Part shown: piece after piece, positions 54,024-64,000 of the stretch
Layout of the letters: every line of letters begins with the position of its first letter
How positions within the stretch are numbered: the stretch's first letter is position 1
Source of the DNA: an uncultured Deinococcaceae bacterium
Lineage (GTDB): Bacteria > Deinococcota > Deinococci > Deinococcales > Deinococcaceae
Assembly: GCA_964252075.1 (NCBI GenBank)
Contig: CAXULY010000008.1
Coordinates: 32,001 to 96,000 of the forward strand
DNA length: 64,000 bases
Direction of reading: 5' to 3'
Program-made: the position numbers and the translations under genes
The notes under the pieces: generated by a model
Databases searched by the model: none
What the model was told of the DNA's origin: nothing
What the model saw: only the letters and a program-made list of their open reading frames with translations

Positions 54024-54731
54024 TCAGACCGCGCCGACCTCCAGCCCGCTGAGCCAACGGGCGATGTGCGGCACCAGCGGCGTGATCGGCACCGCCGCCA
54101 GCGGGTGCGCGTACCCAGGAAAGATCAGGGTGTGCGCGTGGGGCAGCAGGCGCCCGAGCAGCGCGGTCTCCTGCGCGGGCACCACCTGATCCGTCTGACC
54201 GGAAATCACCAGCGCGGGCGCCTGAATGGCGCGCAGGTCCGCCTCCGTGAGGGGCGGGCGGGCGCCCAGCCCGCGGAACATCGCCTGGTTCGCGAGGATC
54301 ACCGCGCGCCAGTCCTGCGGCTGGTGCAGTTCCAGCAGCGCCGCGTGGCGCGGGTTGCCGGGGCGCGCCACCCGCTCCGGGTCCGTGAGGTGCGTCAGGT
54401 GCTGCACCGCGCGCTCGTCGAAGATGTATTTCGTGGCGAGCGTCAGAACGCCCGCCACGCGCTCCGGGTGGTGCCGCGCGAGGAACAGCGCGACAACGCC
54501 GCCCAGGCTGTACCCACCCACCACGGCGCGCTCGATGCCCGCCGCGTCCAACACCCCGATCAGGTCCTCGGCGGCGCCCTGCACCGTGAGGGCGTCCGGG
54601 AGGGGGCGCCCGGCGTGACCGGGCAGGTCTGGGGTGAGCACCTGCACGTGCGCGCGCAGCGGCTCCGCGAGCGGCGCCATCTCGCGCCCGGCGCTGTTCG
54701 CCCCGTGGATGAGCAGGAAGGGATGCGGCAT
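54024..54731 (-). CDS. Alpha/beta hydrolase
   Basis: LIHGA, DLPGHA, GYSLG nucleophile elbow, GQTDQVV and AH. Confidence 0.88.
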   Translation of the reverse strand: MPHPFLLIHGANSAGREMAPLAEPLRAHVQVLTPDLPGHAGRPLPDALTVQGAAEDLIGVLDAAGIERAVVGGYSLGGVVALFLARHHPERVAGVLTLATKYIFDERAVQHLTHLTDPERVARPGNPRHAALLELHQPQDWRAVILANQAMFRGLGARPPLTEADLRAIQAPALVISGQTDQVVPAQETALLGRLLPHAHTLIFPGYAHPLAAVPITPLVPHIARWLSGLEVGAV

Positions 54732-54800
54732 CAGGCGCGCCCCGCGCCAGGCATGTGGGTCATCACGGTCACCCAGCATACCGGGCGCATGAAGGCCCCG

Positions 54801-55699
<899 letters not shown>

Positions 55700-55703
<4 letters not shown>

Positions 55704-56488
55704 GGCTGCACCTTCACGGCCGCCTCAAGTTCCTCCTCGGCGCGCTCCAGCAGCGTGAGGAGCGCCAGCGCGGACGCCGGGCGGCGCGCCGGGTCGCGCG
55801 AGAGGCCCGCCCGCAGGGCCGGGTACAGGGGGGGGTAGGGTGGCAGCTCCACCTTCTCCTGGCTGCGCCCGATCAGCCACGAGAGGGCGTCCGGGTGCGG
55901 CAGGGCGCCCGTCAGGCACTCGAACAGAATCACGCTGATGGCGTACACGTCGCTGCGCGCGTCATTGCGCACGCCCTCGAACTGCTCGGGCGCCATGTAC
56001 TGCGGGGTGCCCATGCGCTCCCCCAGGCCCGTGATGCGCGGCAGGTCCCGGTCGTGGGACAGCCCGAAGTCCGCGACGCGCACGCGGTCGTCCTCCAGCA
56101 GCACGTTCTCCGGCTTGAGGTCCAGGTGCGTGATGCCGCGCAGGTGCGCGTACGCCACGGCGCTCAGGATGCCGCGCGTCACGCCCGTCGCCTCCTGCAC
56201 CGTCATGACGCCCCGCGTGAGGCGCGCGCGCAGGCTCTCGCCCGGCACGAAGCGGTAGATCAGCTGTGTGCGCGTGTGCGCGAGGAGCGGCACGATGTTC
56301 GGGTGCGAGAGCTGCGCGGCGATCTCGCCCTCCCGGTGGAAGCGCCCGGCGGTCTCCGGCATGTCGGAGGTGAGGGTCTTCACGAACACCTCGCAACCCG
56401 CCCAGCGCGCGCGCTCAATGCGGATGCCGAAGCGCTCGGAGTACACTTCGAGGCTCTGCAGGCGCTCCGGGGCAGGACGCTTCGTCAC
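55700..56488 (-). CDS. Soluble Hanks-type Ser/Thr protein kinase
   Basis: VFVK, RFHREG, HPNIV, HLDLKPEN, DFG, GTPQYMAPE and SDVYA. GTG lies 6 nt after TATCAT. Confidence 0.92.
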
Positions 56489-56570
56489 GCCCTCATGATA
56501 GCCACGCTCGCCCACCGAGTTTCCCGATGCGGCCACGCTGCCCGCCGGGCGCAGGCGCTAGCCTGAACGC

Positions 56571-57611
56571 ATGAGCCTGCTGGAACGCCCCCGCCGCCTG
56601 CGCCACACGGCCAGCCTGCGCGCCCTCACGCGCGAAACCACGCTCGCCCCAGAGAACCTCATCCTGCCCATCTTCGTGCACGAGCGCGCGGGCACCAGCG
56701 AGATCAGCTCCATGCCGGGCGTGCTGCGCCACGACCTGCCGAGCGCCGTGGCGCTCGCGCAGGACGCGTTCGCGGCGGGCATCCCGGCCGTCATCCTGTT
56801 CGGCATTCCGGACCACAAGGACGACGAGGCGAGCGGCGCGTACGCCGAGGGCGGCGTCGTGCAGGGCGCCGCGACGGCCATCAAGGCGGCCTGCCCGGAC
56901 CTCACGGTCATCGCGGACACCTGCCTGTGCGAGTACAGCGCGCACGGCCACTGCGGCCCCCTGCGGCCCGACGGGCGCGGAGGCTACCACATCGACAACG
57001 ACGGCGCGCTCGACCTGCTCGCGCGCACCGCCGTGTCCCAGGCGCGTGCGGGCGCGGACGTGGTGGCGCCCAGCGCCATGATGGACGGTCAGGTGGGCGC
57101 CATTCGCGCGGCGCTCGACGCGGCGGGCTTCACGCACGTGCCCGTCATGAGTTACGCCGTGAAGTACGCGAGCGGCTACTACGGCCCCTTCCGGGACGCG
57201 GCGGGCAGCGCACCGAGCTTCGGGGACCGCTCCACGTACCAGATGGACCCTGCGGGCGGCTACCGTGAGGCGCTGCGCGAGGCGCGCCTCGACGTGGAGC
57301 AGGGCGCGGACTTCCTGATGGTGAAGCCCGCCCTGGCGTACCTGGACGTGCTGCGCCTGCTGCGCGACACCTTCGACCTGCCGCTCGTCACGTACAACGT
57401 CTCGGGCGAGTACGCGCTCGTGAAGGCGGCGGCGGCGGCGGGCGTCATTGACGAACGCCGCGTGGTGATCGAGACCCTCACCGCCATGCGCCGCGCAGGC
57501 GCGGACAGCATCATGACGTACCACGCGCTGGATGTGGCGCGCTGGCACCGCGAGGCGCAGGGGGCGGCCCGCGCGCTGGTGACGCCCGCCCTTGCGCCCG
57601 CGGACGACTGA
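56571..57611 (+). CDS. hemB: Porphobilinogen synthase (Zn type)
   Basis: [35 protein letters not shown] and MVKPA. Confidence 0.97.
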   Translation: MSLLERPRRLRHTASLRALTRETTLAPENLILPIFVHERAGTSEISSMPGVLRHDLPSAVALAQDAFAAGIPAVILFGIPDHKDDEASGAYAEGGVVQGAATAIKAACPDLTVIADTCLCEYSAHGHCGPLRPDGRGGYHIDNDGALDLLARTAVSQARAGADVVAPSAMMDGQVGAIRAALDAAGFTHVPVMSYAVKYASGYYGPFRDAAGSAPSFGDRSTYQMDPAGGYREALREARLDVEQGADFLMVKPALAYLDVLRLLRDTFDLPLVTYNVSGEYALVKAAAAAGVIDERRVVIETLTAMRRAGADSIMTYHALDVARWHREAQGAARALVTPALAPADD

Positions 57612-57660
57612 CCACCCGGCGGCACACGCGGGCATCACCGCGCGCGGGTAGCATCGGCGC

Positions 57661-57957
57661 ATGATCACCGTCGCGAACCGCATCCCCGTGAACCCGGACT
57701 TCCACGAGGCCTTCGAAGCGCGTTTCAGGGAGCGCGCGGGCCTCGTGGACGGCATGCCGGGCTTCGTGTCGCACCAGGTGCTGCGCCCCACGAAATCCGG
57801 CGACCCGTACGTCGTCTTGACCTTCTGGGAGGACCGCGAGGCCTTCGAGGCCTGGACGGCCTCCGACGCCTTCCGGCAGGGGCACGCGCGTGGCGGCGGC
57901 CTGCCGAGAGAGGCGTACAGCGGCCCCGCCGCGCTGGAAATCCATGAGGTGATCTGA
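57661..57957 (+). CDS. ABM-family monooxygenase, IsdG-like heme-degrading type
   Basis: ANRIPV, FEARF..R, PGF and AWTASDAFRQGH, retaining the Asn/Trp/His pattern. Confidence 0.8.
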   Translation: MITVANRIPVNPDFHEAFEARFRERAGLVDGMPGFVSHQVLRPTKSGDPYVVLTFWEDREAFEAWTASDAFRQGHARGGGLPREAYSGPAALEIHEVI

Positions 57958-58163
57958 CCCCGATTCCCGTAAAACGCGGGTGGGCCCGGCGCTCCTACTC
58001 ACTTCACCGTGCCCGCTCCCCCGGCGCTGCAGGCCGGGTGAGGTTCGTCCCGCGTCCCGCCCCTGCGCGGGCGCGGCGTGGGTGAAGCGCGAACGCCACT
58101 TCATGCGACTCTGGCCGTCCCTCACCCGGCGCGCGGCAAGCTGAGGCGACGAAGGGAGCACCC

Positions 58164-58406
58164 ATGACGCACCACAAGGACAAGTCACGCTCCATCCCCG
58201 AAGACAACGGCGGGGTGGGTCACCAGGGCAACGTCGAGACCGAACGGGACGCGCAACTGCACCACCTGCGCGAAGCGGACGAACGCGACGGCGGCGCCAT
58301 TCCCTCCGAGGCGGGCAACGACTTCACCTTCCCCGACGAGAACGAAACGCTGGGCCGCAAGCCCGGCGATGACCTGCCCGGCGAACCGAACGACGACCGC
58401 CGCTGA
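58164..58406 (+). CDS. Small acidic hydrophilic protein
   Basis: SD GGGAG; a D/E/G-rich, probably disordered 80-aa ORF followed by a hairpin (58423-58448). Confidence 0.6.
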   Translation: MTHHKDKSRSIPEDNGGVGHQGNVETERDAQLHHLREADERDGGAIPSEAGNDFTFPDENETLGRKPGDDLPGEPNDDRR

Positions 58407-58460
58407 GCCCGGCAAGCGATCAGGGGAGCGCCGGGCCCGGCGCTCCCCCTGTCCTGCGCT

Positions 58461-58904
58461 TCACTCCGGCGGGTACGGCCGCGCGAAGCTGAAGGCGTGC
58501 GGGCCCGGCCCGTGCGCGCGCAGGTGCGTGAGGCGCGCCCACGCCTCCCGCGTGTCCGGCACGTGGCCCGCCGGCACCCACCACAGCGCCGTGATGACCT
58601 CCCGCATCGACTCGAACCACTGCTTGCGCTGCCGCAGGAGGTCCAGGTGCGCGCTGCGGTACACGTAATCCCGCAGGGCGCTCAGGTCCTGCCATAGCGA
58701 CATGTTCACCAGGATGCTGTCGTCCTCGAAGGGCCGCAGGTCCGTGGCGTTGCCCTCCTCGCCCTGCAGGCGCCACACGAAGCCCGGCCAGCCGTCCGCG
58801 AGCGCGTTGATCTCATCGAGGCGCGACGCGAAGCCCCGCATGACCTCACCGTCCATGGGTCCCAGGATCCGACCGACGTTCACCTGCGCGAGGTGGTGAA
58901 GCAT
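58461..58904 (-). CDS. DUF3291 family protein
   Basis: HLAQVNVG, GFVWRL, VNMSLW, WF, LWWVPAGH and GP..AFSF. Confidence 0.88.
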   Translation of the reverse strand: MLHHLAQVNVGRILGPMDGEVMRGFASRLDEINALADGWPGFVWRLQGEEGNATDLRPFEDDSILVNMSLWQDLSALRDYVYRSAHLDLLRQRKQWFESMREVITALWWVPAGHVPDTREAWARLTHLRAHGPGPHAFSFARPYPPE

Positions 58905-58969
58905 ACGTCATCGTGACACGCGCCCGCTCTCAGCGTGCGGCCACCCGCCCGGCGTACGCTGAGGGCATC

Positions 58970-59431
58970 ATGCGACACGTTCCCTGCCTGCTGCTGGCCG
59001 CCACCCTGCTCGCCGCCTGCGCGCCCGGCGCGGGCAGCCCCGACCGCCTGGGGCGCATCGTGAACGTCACGAGTGGCGCCGAGGGCCGCCTCACGCTCGG
59101 CGGGGGCGGCGTGGTGGGCGGCCAGGGCCGCGCCACCATCGCCTTCGGGCAGGACGTGTACTACGGCGAGTACAACGTCCTCGCGCCCGGCGGGCAGAGC
59201 GGCGTCGTGCTGGGCGCGGGCATCGCCTTCGGCACGCGCGACCCCTTCTTCGACACGAACCCCTGGCCGCAGGCGTACAGCGTGCGCGACAGCGGCCCCC
59301 GCACGGGCTCCATCATCGTGAAGAGCGGCAGCGGCGCCGTCATCAGCTGCACCATGACGGTGGACCGCCAGAGTCACGGCAACGGCACCTGCGAGGACGG
59401 CGCGGGTAACAACTACGCCTTCCAGTTCTGA
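58970..59431 (+). CDS. Predicted lipoprotein
   Basis: LLAA-C lipobox, Gly-rich body and C-terminal C...G.GTC.D...Y..QF. Confidence 0.8.
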   Translation: MRHVPCLLLAATLLAACAPGAGSPDRLGRIVNVTSGAEGRLTLGGGGVVGGQGRATIAFGQDVYYGEYNVLAPGGQSGVVLGAGIAFGTRDPFFDTNPWPQAYSVRDSGPRTGSIIVKSGSGAVISCTMTVDRQSHGNGTCEDGAGNNYAFQF

Positions 59432-59432
59432 A

Positions 59433-59464
59433 AGAAGAGGGCGGCCTTCTGGCCGCCCTCTTCT
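59433..59464. terminator. Bidirectional terminator
   Basis: AGAAGAGGGCGGCC-TTCT-GGCCGCCCTCTTCT between convergent genes. Confidence 0.8.
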
Positions 59465-59476
59465 CGCGCTGATCGC

Positions 59477-60184
<708 letters not shown>

Positions 60185-60296
60185 TCAGTGGTCCTCGTAT
60201 TCGTGGTGTGGTGCCTTGTGGCCGTTCTGAAACCCACCCAGCATAGGGTGCCGGGCGGGCCTCCAGGGTCGGCGGGGCACCTTTGCCCCGGGGCGC

Positions 60297-62036
<1,740 letters not shown>

Positions 62037-62092
62037 GCCTGTAACCTCTCATGAATGCCCGTATGGGCCCGTAGTCTGGGCCATAAAGGCCA

Positions 62093-62473
<381 letters not shown>

Positions 62474-62830
62474 TTACCTGCCCTCCAGAACGCGCGGCAG
62501 CACCATGTACGCTGCGTACGCGATGCCCAGCACCGTGAGGACCAGCGTGGCGTACCACAGCTGCCGCTGGTACGCGATGCCTTTGCCGGTGAAGTCCATC
62601 ACCACGATGCGCAGGCCGTTGAGCGAGTGGTACAGCACGCCGCCCGTCACCGCGATGAGGCCGACGCGAAACAACCAGAAGTCGTACATGTTGTGCAACG
62701 CCCGGTATGGGCTCTCCCCGAACACGAACAGCGAGATGCTGATGACGTGCAGGAGCAGGTACAGCAGGATCGCCAGACCTGACAGGCGGTGCAGCACAAA
62801 GGCCCACTGGCCTTCTCTGCCTCGGTACAT
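62474..62830 (-). CDS. sdhC: Succinate dehydrogenase cytochrome b556 subunit
   Basis: MYRGREGQW, HRLSG and HSLNGLR. SD AGGAGG. Confidence 0.93.
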   Translation of the reverse strand: MYRGREGQWAFVLHRLSGLAILLYLLLHVISISLFVFGESPYRALHNMYDFWLFRVGLIAVTGGVLYHSLNGLRIVVMDFTGKGIAYQRQLWYATLVLTVLGIAYAAYMVLPRVLEGR

Positions 62831-63007
62831 TCCGTTCCCTCCTTCAGCGTACCGCGCGCCCCACTTCGGGCCGCGCAGCCAACACCACCCAGAATACCAC
62901 CCGGACGGCGCTGAGCCGCGTCCCAGGACACCTTGATGGGCCCCTCACGGTGTGCTGGGCGACATACCAGGCCTCGCGCATTTTTTGCGCGCTGGGCGGC
63001 GAAAAAC

Positions 63008-63035
63008 TTGCGCTTTTTCACAGAGGCGCTATACT
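63008..63035 (+). promoter_or_regulatory. Promoter for the speD-like gene
   Basis: TTGCGC, a 16-nt spacer, then TATACT. Confidence 0.55.
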
Positions 63036-63089
63036 GCTGGTCCATGCGCCGCGTCGGGCGAGCGTCCGCAGGCGTGGACAGGAGGCACG

Positions 63090-63530
63090 ATGGAACTCTT
63101 CGGTTTCGGCCCGCACCTCGTGGTGGACGGGCACCACGCCAGCCCCGAGAAGCTCGACGACGAGGTGCTGCTGGCCCGCGCCCTGTCCGAACTGCCCAGC
63201 GTGCTCTCCATGACCGTGGTCGTGCCGCCCCGCGTGGAGCGCGTGTATGGCAGCAGCACCGACGACGCGGGCCTCACGGGCGTGGTGCTCGTCGCGGAAT
63301 CGCACGTCGCGATTCACACCTTCCCCTCGCGCGGCTTCATGAGCGTGGACGTGTTCTCCTGCCGGGAGTTCGACGTGCAGCGCGCCGTGAGTTACCTCGT
63401 GGAGCACTTCGACCTGGGCCGCTTCGAGACGCACTTCAACAACCGCGGCAAGGAGTTCCCGAAGGACCCGGAACTGGTGGGCCGCATCGTGCGCGGTGAG
63501 CGCGAGTACCTTGAAGCGCGCATCGCCTGA
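63090..63530 (+). CDS. speD: Pyruvoyl-dependent S-adenosylmethionine decarboxylase family proenzyme
   Basis: GPHLVVD, GLTGVVLVAE-SHVAIHTFP self-cleavage site and DVFSC. SD AGGAGG. Confidence 0.85.
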   Translation: MELFGFGPHLVVDGHHASPEKLDDEVLLARALSELPSVLSMTVVVPPRVERVYGSSTDDAGLTGVVLVAESHVAIHTFPSRGFMSVDVFSCREFDVQRAVSYLVEHFDLGRFETHFNNRGKEFPKDPELVGRIVRGEREYLEARIA

Positions 63531-63540
63531 CCGAACACGC

Positions 63541-63576
63541 AAGGGGGGCGGGGCCAGATGGCCCCGCCCCCCTTCT
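63541..63576. terminator. Bidirectional terminator
   Basis: GC-rich stem AAGGGGGGCGGGGCC...GGCCCCGCCCCCCTT. Confidence 0.75.
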
Positions 63577-63579
63577 CGC

Positions 63580-63717
63580 TCAGCGGTGCGGCTGCGTCCG
63601 CTCGGGCGGGTCGCTCGCGGGGAAGCTCTCCTCCAGCGACTCGTCGAGGGCGTCCTCGCCGCGCGCCTCACGGTCATCCGGCGTGCTCGGCTCGTGGCGG
63701 TCGTCTCCTGTGGTCAC
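63580..63717 (-). CDS. Small protein with ESFPASDPP motif (45 aa)
   Basis: Below the ORF-track cutoff. SD AGGAGG then GTG; ...EDALDESLEESFPASDPPERTQPHR. Confidence 0.75.
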   Translation of the reverse strand: MTTGDDRHEPSTPDDREARGEDALDESLEESFPASDPPERTQPHR

Positions 63718-63755
63718 GCTGCACCTCCTGCCGCGAGCATACACGCCCGCGCGCC

Positions 63756-63998
63756 TCACGGGCCGAGGCGCAGCACGCTCTGGTTGCCGCGCAGCATGAG
63801 CAGCCGCACCCCGGCGTCCATCAGGGCGCTCTGCATGCGCTCCAGCGCCCGCACGTCGTCGGGCGGCGCGCCGTGCAGCGGGCGGCCCGTCTCGCCCGGC
63901 TCCAGGTAAAAGCCCTCCGGCAGCAGCACCAGCAGCGCGCGCGCCGCGCCCGCCCGCGCCCGGATCAGGGCGTCCACCAGCCCAGGGCTGGCGTGCTG
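63756..63998 (-). CDS. 3' end of an unidentified CDS (start lies beyond the window)
   Basis: Open frame with host-like codons reaching the window edge. Confidence 0.55.
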   Translation of the reverse strand, partial: QHASPGLVDALIRARAGAARALLVLLPEGFYLEPGETGRPLHGAPPDDVRALERMQSALMDAGVRLLMLRGNQSVLRLGP

Positions 63999-64000
63999 CG

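Noticed and set aside
63044..63089. Guanidine-II or SAM riboswitch in the speD leader
   Set aside because: There are no ACGR tetraloops or SAM-riboswitch core motifs, and the leader is too short.

Overview
This is a very GC-rich (roughly 70%), gene-dense stretch of core chromosome. It is almost certainly from a Deinococcus: it has Deinococcus-Thermus-type families such as DUF3208, a DR0824-like deaminase and the recF-DUF721 pair, and pervasive leaderless TANNNT promoters. The presence of mreB suggests a rod-shaped species. It holds about 75 CDS, including guaB (partial), recF, mreB-fabZ-lptF/G-glycosyltransferase-deacetylase-methyltransferase, bshB1, plsY, rimO, ggt-nudC-deaminase, hisD, deoB, lptB, mrp, guaA, radA, clpC, nrnA, holA, hemB, sdhCDAB and speD. 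It also has a tRNA-Ala(CGC), one pseudogene, a TetR operator and several terminators. I found no IS element, prophage or CRISPR array. The most interesting unexplained signals are: (i) a candidate ~60-nt sRNA with an anti-Shine-Dalgarno loop at ~49.2 kb; (ii) recurrent leaderless mini-ORFs whose stops overlap or abut downstream starts, including a CGA-rich one on clpC; (iii) a possible DdrO/RDRM operator on the DUF2087-radA promoter; (iv) a translationally coupled envelope operon linking an Lpt permease to glycolipid-type enzymes in a lineage lacking classical LPS; (v) a paralogous lipoprotein pair; and (vi) several catalytically degenerate pseudoenzymes. All product calls come from motif recognition by eye; no database search was run.
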